A stretch of 64,000 nt of DNA from Hormiphora californensis (taxonomy: Eukaryota > Animalia > Ctenophora). The notes beneath the pieces are model-generated. The model saw nothing but the letters and a program-made list of their open reading frames with translations, was not told the DNA's origin and ran no database searches. Below are positions 26,473 through 38,898 of the stretch, piece by piece. Position numbers and translations under genes: made by a program. Location of the stretch: NCBI GenBank assembly GCA_020137815.1, contig CM035357.1:3968001-4032000 (forward strand), given 5' to 3'. The stretch's first letter is position 1, and each line of letters starts with the position of its first letter.

Positions 26473-29400
26473 TTAGCTGGTAGGAACGGGATCCAGTCCT
26501 CTGATCGTATCACCCCTGGAATGTTATGACAAGGTCAGCTGAGGGTTAAAAACTAAAAACAGTTGACAATGATCGGGTGGTTGAGCAAGTTATATTCAGG
26601 GTCAGCTAATGTAACCAGTTACCTAGACTAAGCTTACCTTAGTTCGGGGTCAGGTAACAGGCTAAGTTTCTGAATGTGGTCAGGTCCAATTCCATCGCTC
26701 TTCCACTTCGTTTCAATCATGTCCAACCTCTTGTTATCTGATAGAAAACTCGTGTAAATAGATATTCGAACACCAAAACTATTGATGCAGAGAAGAAACG
26801 CGGAGGAAAATCGTTAGATGTTTATTCTTGCCATTTTATCAGTTTGGTTTTACTTACAGACTTCGGTTACTGCTTCAGGTTTAACATTGTGCCTCAATTC
26901 TAACTCCTTATCACACCTGGCAATATAATGATGATTTACCGAAAAGGATCATTTCAACCTTACTTAAACTGTCGCCGCATGCTCAGATTTAAGTGTAAAG
27001 AAAGGGAACTTACAGTGAGAGATCTTTCTCGAGTCGGTCAACCCTTTCCTGGGATGCTCGTATGATGTCACTTTGTTGAACTACCGCCCTCTGATATCTA
27101 GTCACCTGCAGGGATTGTTGGTTGAGGGATGGGTACTCAACAATACAGGGATACATTGGTGATGCCGGTGATGGGATTTGATCATTGCTATAATGCTATA
27201 TCAATAACTTTTACGAGTTTTACAGGATCGTCCAGATTTTATTCTGAGCGATAGATTCTGGACCATATAATGCATCTGGGCTCCGTAATTTCAATTGTCT
27301 GAAACCCAGTTCTTCAAATGATTTCAAGGTCACCTCGGCTCGTTTTTGTGCGACGACCACGTTAAGGGCACCCTGGACAGCGTGTTCTAAGTCGTGTTTT
27401 AGGTTATCAAGCTGCTTCTGTAGGTAGTCAATGTTCCTCTTACTGTCCCTGATCTGAACTCTGAAAAGGACGGAGATATTTCAAATAATGTCTGAATGAT
27501 CTGAACTCTGAATAAGGAACCCGAAGTAAAGTAAAATTGTTACACGATGCCTGATCTCAAAGCGAAAATGGGTCACCATGATGCCTGATCGGCTATCCAT
27601 GACATCACGATGACGTATACCTCTTAAGATTGTTATACCTGTAAGTGGTGATAAGGGTTGCAAGTGCCTCCCTGTATCGCTCGAAAGCGGTCCTGTGGGT
27701 ATCCATCATTAGTTGGTTGGTGTTCTTCTTTGTCTGTACACACGTCTCCGCTAATTCACTACTCGCCACTGAATGAGGGGGTTGTTAATCAATAAGAATA
27801 TGGTTGGGATATCGTTAGTAGAAGAAGATAGCTGAGGTAGGTTCTTGCTATGTCGCTATGAGTTACTCATATCGAGAGGATAGTATGGGTTAACCCTTTT
27901 AGAACGTGATAACTCGATTTCATTGATAGAAAATCCTTTCTGTGACTTCTTCTCCTTCTTCTGAGTTTCGGGTTCGGGAAACAAATTCGAAATATCACGA
28001 TTTTCGTCAATGCGATATGAATATGATCTACACTATAAGTGCTCGTGAGGCACCTATATTTATTCTAGTGATAGGTATAATCTACCATTGCGACCGTCCT
28101 GAGATAATTTTTGTTTATACAAAAACATTTTAGGATCATGAAAACGTTTCTTTAGTAGGCATTCCTTTAACCGCACCTTTAAGATCGGGGGTATTTTTTA
28201 TTCACCAATTTCTCATAAAATGAAGCCTTGAGTAGCTCGAGAAGCGTGTCACGTGATAGCCAACACATACCCCACAAAGTGGCGTGATATTTCTAGAATG
28301 TTAGAACCAAATAGGGTGGTGAGTACCTCCAGGCGGGCCTAAAAACGCAAGCCTATATTTTCTTCCTGTACAGGGCCATCATATAAATACTGAAGGAAAT
28401 GCCAACGTATTTATTATAGCCACAGTTCCTTATGACATAGGTGTTTTGTCTGATCTCTTTACCAAAATGGTTCTGTGAACAATTGTGTTGTTTATAATTC
28501 GGTAGTGTTCGCTGGTAAAATGTCTCATTCACATGAGTGTTCATAATTTATAATTCCGGTATTGTATTAGACAGGGCCAATGTGTTACACAATTCCAGCA
28601 AGGAAGGTATTTTATCTTTGTTTCTAGCAAGATCTGTGAAGTCATTTAGGACAAAGTATCAATCCCTGCTGACGTATAAGATAGGGTGCATGACATTTAG
28701 TTTCAGTAATCCGACCTTAATTTGAAAATGATATCACCCAAAAAGCGGAGAAATAAAGCTTTTCGGAGGCTGCTATCAAAATGATTACCATGTTTGCCCG
28801 GTTTTGTATTTTAGTGAGACCTAGTGAGATGATGTAATGGTTTGCCATGAGATCACGCCCCTCTAGTATAAAGGTGGTATCTGGAAGAGCTAATATACCA
28901 GAAACATGTTTACTTTTCTAAATTGTGATCCGTCTATGTCACAAGAGTTTGTGGCTAAACAAATACATTGAATGGCTCTCGATACTTTCATGTTTCTACC
29001 AAGAAGCCTGCTCTAGATTATCTGTTTAAAATATTGATTTTGTTAAAATGCACCTACACTTGGCAAATGCTACAGACCCCTTTTCAACACCTACCCTGAA
29101 TCTTTGACATTACAGTGTTGCACCCAGCAGCAGCATTCTTTAGTCTCACAAAGTTGGCCTTGGTAACTAGAAGATTCTCTCTCCTGCCCTGGAATGACTT
29201 GCTTGTGTCCCTGTATTTCTCATTATCCTTATCGTGCTCATCCACCAGGCATTTCTCCTCCTTCTCCAAGGCCGCGAGTTGTCGTTTTAACTATAAATGA
29301 GGCATAAACTCTGGCCACTGGCACGTTATTTCAGATACCTTTCTCCCAGCGCGCCGCTGGGAGAAGGTAGCTGTAGTTTATCCGCCAGTGGCGGATAAAC

Positions 29401-32400
29401 TGGTTTAAATCACGACGACGATCCCGAGGCGGAGCCGAGGGAGAGGCGGAGGGGTTTAAACCAATAACGTGCCATTGGTCAGAGTTTATGGGTTATATAC
29501 CCTGCTTTAGTTGTTTGTTTCAAGTACTACGCACTAACAAGAGAGAAAACACTAATCAAAACACACAAAGAGAACTAAGAAACAGTCAAAAACATCTCTC
29601 AATTGAGTGTACATTGTTTGGTAACAGTTACTAAGGAGAGAGAGAAAGAAATAACAAGATATGGGGCATGCCAGACATAACACAGAGGAATTGAGATAGT
29701 GAAACAAAAGGGGAGATAAAGAGAGAGAAATTGACGGAATGTGTTGTTTCTTTCTCTCCAATGCAGTGTGTAACTCTTGCAAACAGTGTTCCCTCTGTAT
29801 TTCAGTAAGAACTGATCATTTACACACACTTTGAATGTAACATAGGAGTTAATAATAAACAGCCAGCCAGTGGGAAATAATCTGCCGCTGGACTGGCTGT
29901 ATATTGAGAGCGCGCCAGTGGGACTTCTCGCCACTGGCGGGTTATTTAAGTTAGCAGGGTATATAACATAGTATAGGTTGTCAGCCGAGTTAGGTGAGCT
30001 TATAATCAATGTTAACAACACAATAAAGTATTTTGGTTCATATTTGGATGAAACTTTCATCAACTACAACGTAAAACTATTTATTGAGCATTATTGATAA
30101 TGGCCGTACAGCCGAAACGTCTAAATGAGCGTCTTCGATGTCATGTCACACCCGCCAACACCATAATTGGTGTGAATATTGAAACCAAACAGATATTTTG
30201 GTTCAAATGCTTTGGACCTGATTGAAAGTTTTTTCAAAAAGTCTCACCTCCTCTTGTTTTTCATGGTTAACCTTCATCTTAGCCATGTAGTCTGCTTCTT
30301 TCTTTTTATGTGTGGACGTCTCATTATCGAAGGTATTATTCTCACTCACCAATACCGAATCTGTATGAAATCAAATTGTAGAAAATGATATGTTTTCTTC
30401 CGGAATAAAATAGTTTAAATAAGTTATATTTGCTCAATTCAAAAAAACCATACTCTGAGCTGATAGCGTAAACTTCCCCTATCTAACCCACATAGACGAA
30501 CCTAGCGTTTTGATGTCAGCATCCAGCTTCTTGTCTTTGTCCTCAAAGTTATTACGGCTCTCAGCGACGAACTTTTGCAGCTTATCTTTCTAAAAAACTA
30601 ATCATATCATATCAGTTTATTATTCTAATATAACTTATAACATACCTACCAATACATATCAATATTTTTAGAGAACAGAATAAAACTTTTCATGTTAATT
30701 AATTAATCTAATTAACTAAGATAGTTAACTAAGTTAATTCCTACCTGATCCTTATAGTTTTGTAGGCACTTTTGAGTTTCTTCATCAATTACAGAAGTAG
30801 CGGCCTTGGTTGCCTCTTCCGCTCCCACCTTAACAGCCATCTCTGTAGACATTATCATTATCATTAGTTGTCAAGTTGTCAACTATTTGTTACAATTTAG
30901 TAACTGATATCAAGGTAAAAAAGGAAGGTCTGTCAAAAGAATTGGCCGGAAAAGTTGCTACTTAACAACCTGATAGAGGAATGTTATCTATCTCCCTCTG
31001 CCAGGTTGTTGATATTATCTTACCTAGATACTTCACTCCCTCGGCGAGCATCGCTTCAGCATCAATCATTTCAAAGTTCTTCAGAAAGTTGTGCCTACCA
31101 TCCCAACACTCGTTGAACTTCCGAATCAGACTCATACACTTTTCACTCAACAGTAGAGGGTTACTGAAACGCAGTAGCCAGGTTAGTAGGATTCATTCTA
31201 AGAACTTGTAGAGGTTGTCAAGATTCATTCTAGGAACTTGTAGTGAATAGGATTCATTCTAGGAACTCGAGTAGAAGTTGTTAGGATTCATTCTATGAAC
31301 TTGTAGAGGTTGTTAAGATTCATTCTATGGAAATGATTACGTCATAGCATTGAGACGGGAGCGCCTTAATGTTCTTTGTTTGTTTCATGTCTTCCATCGA
31401 ATCGAGATTGTGGAATTCTTAAAAGCACCGAGAATGAGAAACAGCACCGAGAATAAGCTTTATTAGTCAGGCTTCCATGACATAGCACGGGCTTTCGATA
31501 AATCAAAGTTTAATTCTTTTCAAGCCCCTGCACTTTCTTTAAACCAAGCGTCCATTACAATTTACCTGTATACAATGCATACTGTGTTGAGCATGGGAAG
31601 GAGTTCACTATAAACGTAGTTGGCATCGTGTAGACTGGCATCATTGCAATCCGTCTGTTGGATGCACTCCTTCAAACAATCTGAGAAAAATATTTGTGAT
31701 CTGGTAGTCAAATATGGGCGTTTTTGAATTTTTAGGGTGCGGACTGCCTAACCCGCCCGCGGCCACTTGCCAGTATATGACGAATAATTTTAATTGCTCT
31801 AGCTCTTTTCGTATAATTGGCAGTTTTTTATACATGTAAATAGTATATATACGAATTGCGATCTCTGAGTATAACTGTGACATACATTTCAGCCAAAAGC
31901 GATGGCTGCTTTTGGTAGTTCGTCCGTCTGTTTAAAATAGTCACCGCAGCCATGTATGACATCATTTCTTCCCCGCCCCTTTTGATCTCTCTTTCAGATC
32001 TGCTATAAAAACATAGCTCCCTTCACCTCTATACTAATGTCTATTGAATTTGTTCTAAATATCTGCGTTGTCTCCTATAAACTACCAACTATCCTCAACA
32101 ACCCTCAACAATGAACACCTGGTATCTATCTCTCAAATAAATTGAACCTGTAATACCTCTTGTAATAATGTTCTAGTATAGGGTCAAACAAGGCAAAGTA
32201 TACCTCTAGAGTTTGCCATGGCCTGGTGTAGAGCCGCATACCGCTGATTACTCAATCTCTCATCCATTTCCTTTATCTTTCCCTCCATCTGACAGTTGGG
32301 TAGCCTGGAGTAGTAAGGATGTTCCCGGACTATGTTTACCCCAATCTCTCTGCTTGCTTTCACCATCTTTGCCACCTCCTCCAGCGAGGACGCCATACCA

Positions 32401-32432
32401 AAGTTTAGTTTGGACACAAGGTCCGGAGACAC
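26473..32432 (-). CDS. Multi-exon predicted coiled-coil protein(s), unknown function
   Basis: Open GT-AG-bounded exons with helical heptad-like sequence at ~32432-32206, 31682-31566, 31150-31024, 30843-30744, 30589-30501, 30360-30248, 29275-29095, 27768-27639, 27460-27335, 27105-27014 and 26738-26638. Connectivity and start are not fully resolved, and this could be two genes. Confidence 0.5.
29297..29965 (-). mobile_element. Second copy of the 6270-6948 hairpin-rich repeat
   Basis: Reverse-complement homology over the full length, mirrored by similar spurious ORFs. Confidence 0.75.
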
Positions 32433-33446
32433 CTGTAGTGTGTGCTGGGAACGGGTCAGAAACAAAACTGTTTTTCTTTCATAGTTCTAATTAAATTAAA
32501 TAGTAATGTTGTTCAACCAGATCAAGAATATAAAGATTCTTTGTTCAACAGTTGCCCAGAATTTAGTTACCTCCATAATATATAATGTGAGTTATTGCAG
32601 AGCGATCGAGTGACAAGAGACGTGCAAAACTAGCAGCTGGATTGTGGAGAGAATGAGTTCGCTTTCCATGCTTTATTATAAAATCATGCACGTGGTCACG
32701 TTTTTAACACTGGTTTGCAAGCAATGCCAACCAACCGGCCAATAGCAATATATATGATCCATCTTTCTCTCTGTCTTTCTGTCTCCCTCTCTCTCTCTCT
32801 ATCCATCTTGCTCTCTGTCTCTCTCTGTCTCTCACTATCTCTATCTCTCACTATCTCTATCTCTCGCTTTCTCTTTCCCTCTCTCTATCTCTCGTGTTCT
32901 CTCGCTTTCTCTCCCTCACTCTCTCACTCTCTCCGTCTTTCTCCTCCAGCATCTCTGCAATCTTCTGCAGTTGACACCCACTATATTAGCTGAATGGTCG
33001 TATTCAATGCCACTCCGCTGGTGCTTATCATAGCGCTAAATTAATATCTTACTGCATACACATGTGTACCGACACCACTGCATTTTCATTATCAGATCCG
33101 ACTAAAATCCATCTTTCTGCATATTATATGCAGATCTTCACCAGCGTGCACTTGCTGTTAAATCGAATTTTCTACCAACCAGAATTATGATATTCTCAAT
33201 TTCAAGAACACGTTTCCATCAGACATGCATCATCATTTTTCTTTCGAAAATGTTCGTTCCCCGACTGTAATAAACCAGTTATAATGTCTCAAGTCCCTTT
33301 CATTTTCTCTCTCACTCTCACTCTCACTTTCTCTGGATAATCGTATGACTTCTCTCCCTTACTCAGGTAACTCCTGCTTGTCACTATATCAAGTCATGTG
33401 ACATTTATCTCATAATGTCAAACGAATCGAACTAGCTTTAGCTCAA

Positions 33447-33578
<132 letters not shown>

Positions 33579-34075
33579 CTTGGACTCGATGTATGCAGCA
33601 TTAGCACGAACACTTTGTGCAGTATAAAACTACTTGGAGCACTGCTGAGCTGGCACAGTACTTGCGGCTGAAAGCATGCATCTCCAAATGGTATATGACA
33701 AAGACTAGCGTGGTGGTTTTAAGAATGAAAGAATGATTATACCGGGCAGGAATTAGTAAACTCCAGTAACTTAGCATTTGTTGGAAACTTGGGTTTTCCC
33801 TCTTTAATTTGGTGAGAGTGAAAGAGGTAAATAAGATGAATGAGATCTGATCAGGATTAGAGAGGGGTAAAGATTGTGTACTAATCACACTACCAACGTT
33901 ATGTAAACAGTAAACTTGCCACGGACTCAGCTTCTTCTTCATATTGGTATACCTAGGGTTTGGCTTGGGAACGTCACTCCCCTCTTTGTTCAATGTTCAC
34001 GCCCAATTTTTTACTTGGCCGACTACGAATCTATGTAATGGCTTCTAAATCTATCTTCCTTCCCGTTACGATCTC

Positions 34076-35049
34076 TACGGTGGCAGATTCCGGCCAAGAG
34101 TTTTTTCAATCAAGTGAAATATTTTTGTTTGAAGTTTTATAAAAATTTTATTTCAAAATAAAAATAAACATATCGTTAAAATTATTGGCCGGAATCTGCC
34201 ACGCGAGTGGCAGATCTCGGCCAAGATTCTAAAAAAACCTTGGCCAGAATCTGCCACACACGTGGCAGATTCCGGCCAACAAATTGAAACTTACTTATAT
34301 AAAGGCGAAAACCGCTGTACCCGACTAATTTTGATACGCTGAATCACGTAAGCAACTTTTCCAATCCCTCAGAGGTCGGGAAAGTGTCCTAATTGACCAT
34401 AATAGGGTCTAATTGACCCAACTTACAACTTTTCACCTGGAAACGATAGACGCTTATGTGAACGCACTTTTCCGACTAATTTTGATACGCTGAATCACGT
34501 AAGCAACTTTTACAAACCCTCCGAGGTCGGGAATTTGCCCTAATTGAGTATAATTGGGTCTAATTGGCCTTAATTGCTCAATTAGGGCACTTTCCCGACC
34601 TCGGGGGGTTTGCAAAAGTTGCTTACGTGATTCAGCGTATCAAAATTAGTCGGAAAAATGCCTTCACATAAGCGTCTATCGTTTCCAGGTGAAAAGTTGT
34701 AAGTTGGGTCAATTAGACCCTATTATGGTCAATTAGGACACTTTCCCGACCTCTGAGGGATTGGAAAAGTTGCTTACGTGATTCAGCGTATCAAAATTAG
34801 TCGGGTACAGCGGTTTTCGCCTTTATATAAGTAAGTTTCAATTTGTTGGCCGGAATCTGCCACGTGTGTGGCAGATTCTGGCCAAGGTTTTTTTAGAATC
34901 TTGGCCGAGATCTGCCACTCGCGTGGCAGATTCCGGCCAATAATTTTAACGACATGTTTATTTTTATTTTGAAATAAAATTTTTATAAAACTTCAAACAA
35001 AAATATTTCACTTGATTGAAAAAACTCTTGGCCGGAATCTGCCACCGTA
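34076..35049. mobile_element. Foldback DNA transposon derivative, IS3EU-like
   Basis: Near-perfect ~480-bp inverted arms, termini TACGG...CCGTA, 6-bp TSD GATCTC. Confidence 0.75.
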
Positions 35050-35336
35050 GATCTCTCAATAGTCAATAACACTGCAGCTCTCACCGTTTCTAATTCATAT
35101 CTTACAAATTTTGTTTCCCTGTCCACAGTAATTCTTATCTTAACATTGACGCACACATCGTGTATCAGGCATGCCTTACTACTACAATGTCAGGCCCATA
35201 TCGGTAGAAAATGTAAAAACCTTTCCATCGTTACCAAATATAACTATACGTTGCATTATTTTTATTGTTAGTAAAGCGAGTGATGGAAATGACCAATCAT
35301 CCCCAATTATTGGTTATTATTTTATAGGTATCATAT

Positions 35337-35924
35337 ATGAAGGTGTTAGCGCTATCTTTGTGGAGCAAAGAAAATGAAAAGGCAGTTAACTTATTAACAA
35401 TTCAAGATGTTTCTCAGTTCAGCTTCTTTCAACGGGCTACAGTTGCTGAGTTTCTAACCTTCACATCTCAATTCATCGCGGACAGGACTGCACCGGGTGA
35501 ACGAATAAGTGTTAAAGAAAAAGAGTATGTATGTCACTCTCTTTCTATGACAGACAAACTCGGTGGAGTAATGATATGCGACGAGGAGTATCCTCAGCGG
35601 GTTGCATTCACTTTCATGCTCAAGATAATGGAGGATTTTCTCGCGAAGCATCCTATGGGTACATGGTCATCTGCCCCATTTACAGATGCTGATATCAGGA
35701 AACAGTTTGATGCCGCACAAGACCCGAAAGAAATAGATCTCCTTATGAAAATACAGACTGATCTGGATGAGACCAAGGTTATTGTGTATGATACGATGGA
35801 GAAGCTACTCCAACGAGGAGAAAAACTGGCAGACATTGTTTCCCGATCTGAACAACTCAGTGCGGCATCGAAACAATTTTACAAGACTACTAAACCAACT
35901 AACTCTTGTTGTGTGATTCTCTGA
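35337..35924 (+). CDS. YKT6: Synaptobrevin homolog Ykt6 (longin R-SNARE), single coding exon
   Basis: DVSQFSFFQR, EYPQRVAF, KIQTDLDETK, LLQRGEKL..IVSRSEQLS..SKQFYK, and a C-terminal CCVIL prenylation box. Confidence 0.95.
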   Translation: MKVLALSLWSKENEKAVNLLTIQDVSQFSFFQRATVAEFLTFTSQFIADRTAPGERISVKEKEYVCHSLSMTDKLGGVMICDEEYPQRVAFTFMLKIMEDFLAKHPMGTWSSAPFTDADIRKQFDAAQDPKEIDLLMKIQTDLDETKVIVYDTMEKLLQRGEKLADIVSRSEQLSAASKQFYKTTKPTNSCCVIL

Positions 35925-36112
35925 AATGGTTTTGTTTTTTTTAATGTGTATTGTGTGGGAATCTGGTGAGCTGTCGCTGGGCGATTTATAAACATTGTTG
36001 AGGTTAATTCTTGTGTTCATATTCCTCACTAATTATTGTTTCAGGATCCTGGATCTATTCTCTACAACCTAATCAAAACTCTATTCCTCTCTAGCATGAC
36101 CAGTTGCTGTAG

Positions 36113-36221
36113 CAGGAATCGACCGACACAAGTGAACAACCAATCAGTACTCGTTATTTAGGTCACGTGACTGGTTATCAGCCAATCAGGGACCAGTATT
36201 TCCTGATTCGGTCGGTTCCTG
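36113..36221. mobile_element. 109-bp hAT-like MITE
   Basis: TIR CAGGAATCGACCGA/TCGGTCGGTTCCTG with 8-bp TSD TGCTGTAG. Second copy at 56190-56298. Confidence 0.85.
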
Positions 36222-37160
36222 TGCTGTAGGGCCAGTTGCTGTGTACTTAGATACGAGGACTATACTGCATTTATACTCGGTAGTGGTGTATAACGAGTCA
36301 GCTATAATGTATTTTACATAATTAAGTGTCAAAATTTAGGTATTTCTCGTTAGTTTGGTATTATCCAGTCATGGTGCAATTTAAGTTAATAGGCTTTCAT
36401 CAACGAGAGAGAGTCTATCATAATGGTAATAATGGTATACCTATATTACCATGGTCCCTGGGTTTGGCACGTCACGCCCCTCTGTGTTTACGTGCGATGT
36501 TTTCCTTGGACAAGGAATTGACCGACTACGAATCTGTGTAATGGCTTCTAATCTGTGTAATGGCTTCTAACTCCATCTTCCTTCCCGTCACGATCTGTCA
36601 CTGCTCCTCTTTCTAATTCTTATCGTATCAATGACGCAATGTTGACAACGAACTGTAACGTAAGGAAGACCTAGGAAATGTCAAACTTAGTAACCCATAT
36701 AAAAATAATATGTTAGGATATATATTCCGATATACAAAAGCTAAAAGTCAAAAGTAAGGACTTTCGGCGAGTGTTTGTTAGGCTCTCGAGATACTTTATG
36801 AAAACATTTTGCCTCACACTTTTCCTCGCAGAATTTATATTCCCCTTTTGTATTTTTTTCTCTGTGTTAGATGCCGTCAATCACCGCAGATGCTATTTCC
36901 TATTTTCTTGAGATACTTTTAGATTTCTGTGCCTTTTTTCATCATATTATCTCGAAATTAGATTTCCGTGTTAAGTGCCCTTTGATGTACCAATTTAATT
37001 AATCTTGAAATCATTAGGAAAACAGATGGTAATAAGATTTCCTAACTAACTTTGTCAGGCCAATGCTCTGACCACGGTTCTTATGCTTATTTGAAAGAAA
37101 TGAGAATTGGGTCAGGCCAATGCTCTGACAAAACTAACTGTAACTCCTCATAATATAGAC

Positions 37161-37760
37161 ATGAAGGTATTCCTTGTTATGTTATCAGCTCTCCTCGTGG
37201 TGGGTGTCTCCACCTCACCAGCTATCATACTACAAGTAAGAGATCTGGAAGAGAGGGTGGCTAAACTAGAGGCCTTGTTGTCCCAACCTGCAGCTCAATC
37301 GGCCCCGCTGTATTCACCTCTCTGTAAGTGTCCACACTGCTAAACAAGTTCAGTACCAATCATTGTACACATCATAATTCGATATAGTATATTAAAAATA
37401 TAAAAATGCGATAATATTTTGCAAATCAATGCTGCAGCTAACACACCTTGTCCTCCAGATGCAGCAACGGTCACCCTGCAGATGAGATCGATGCCTCTAC
37501 TATTGCCTGCTCTGACAAGGGATACTTTCTGGTTGCGGTACGTTAAAAAAGAAAATCCATTCCTGAGACCTTTCTTGATCTTCATTGCAATGTTGAATGA
37601 TCTTAAAATCCAAGTACAAGTACTTTATCAAGCTGTGCATTTTTGCCTGATACAGACCCAGCTAATAATCACACGGTAGTTTACAAAGTTTTTTTGGCAG
37701 GTAAATCAAGGTGAAGGAGGAATTCTACGGGGGTATTGTTGCCCTAAAAAGGGGAAATAA
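37161..37760 (+). CDS. Small secreted Cys-rich precursor, paralog 1
   Basis: Exons 37161-37323/37327, 37459-37537 and 37701-37760: MKVFLVMLSALLVVGVSTSP...LEERVAKLEALL...CSNGHPADEIDASTIACSDKGYFLVAVNQGEGGILRGYCCPKKGK*. The first donor phase needs the 37328 GT or a 1-nt indel. Confidence 0.75.
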
Positions 37761-38205
37761 ACTTCAACATGATCTATAATCATACATTTGTCTTGAAGGT
37801 CCAGCCAAGATAAAATTACTTGTGCGAAACTTAACAACATATTGAGTGCTAATTTTTGTTCTTTTTTTTTCTTGTACTGTTCATACTTTTTATGTTAAAA
37901 AGGCCACACGAGACATTTTGAAGGGAGTTTTTTATTCTTATCTTATTTAAATTCTTATTTGATATTATTTTTTTGCTTGCTTAATACGCGTACGTTATTT
38001 CATCTTATACTGTGAGAAAAGAAGCTTTTTCCGACTGATTACCATCTCTTAACAATTGAATTTATAAGTTGGCCAATCGGCTATTTAAATATTACTCAAC
38101 TTCATAAGAATCTCGTTAGAATTTTCAATATCATATATAATAGACTGAGAGATATGTTCAATTTCCCAACTAACTCCAACTCCATATTATATAGCTACTA
38201 GAGAT

Positions 38206-38898
38206 ATGAGCACGTTCCTTGTTATGTTATCTGTTCTCGTGGCGGCTGTCTCCACGTCTCCACTCCGCCTCTCTGCCGCTAACGATCTATCATCGAGAGT
38301 TACCCAACTGGAATTAAAAGTGACCGAACTTGAGTCAAGGATGGATCAATCTGGACCGAGAGCTGCAGCTCTGTCTTCAAGTGGAGGGCTATCGATACCT
38401 CGTCCATCTCGCCTGGCATCTCATGCACCGTAAGTTTTTATTTCAGGCCCGCTTCTTATATGAACTCAGCTAAATTAAATTGTTTTTTTCAAACCCGTTT
38501 TAATTTTCAATGTTTCCCCGTATGGGCGTGGTGAAATGGTTCGAGCAAAGCAAGAATACAAATCATATATATTTTTAGTAAATCGAAGGCACTTTACCTA
38601 AATAACACATCCTCTGCAACTAGGTGTTCGAACGGTCACTACGCACAGGAAATTGAATCATCTACAATAGTTGTGTGTCAGGAGAAGGGATTCTTTTTAG
38701 TTGCGGTACGTTAAAGAAATTATTTTTCATTGCAAATTACTTTTTTGTTGACATATGTTATCTATAATCATTTTAATATAATTTCACCATAAGCCACATT
38801 CCCCATGAGTCAGCTCCCTAATAAACATCTCTCTACAGGTTGAGCAGGTAGATGAGACGAGTATGCGGGGGTACTGTTGCCCTAAAAAGGGGAGATAA
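38206..38898 (+). CDS. Small secreted Cys-rich precursor, paralog 2 (121 aa)
   Basis: Exons 38206-38429, 38624-38705 and 38839-38898, fully in frame: MSTFLVMLSVLVAAVSTSP...LSSRVTQLELKVTELESRM...CSNGHYAQEIESSTIVVCQEKGFFLVAVEQVDETSMRGYCCPKKGR*. Confidence 0.82.
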
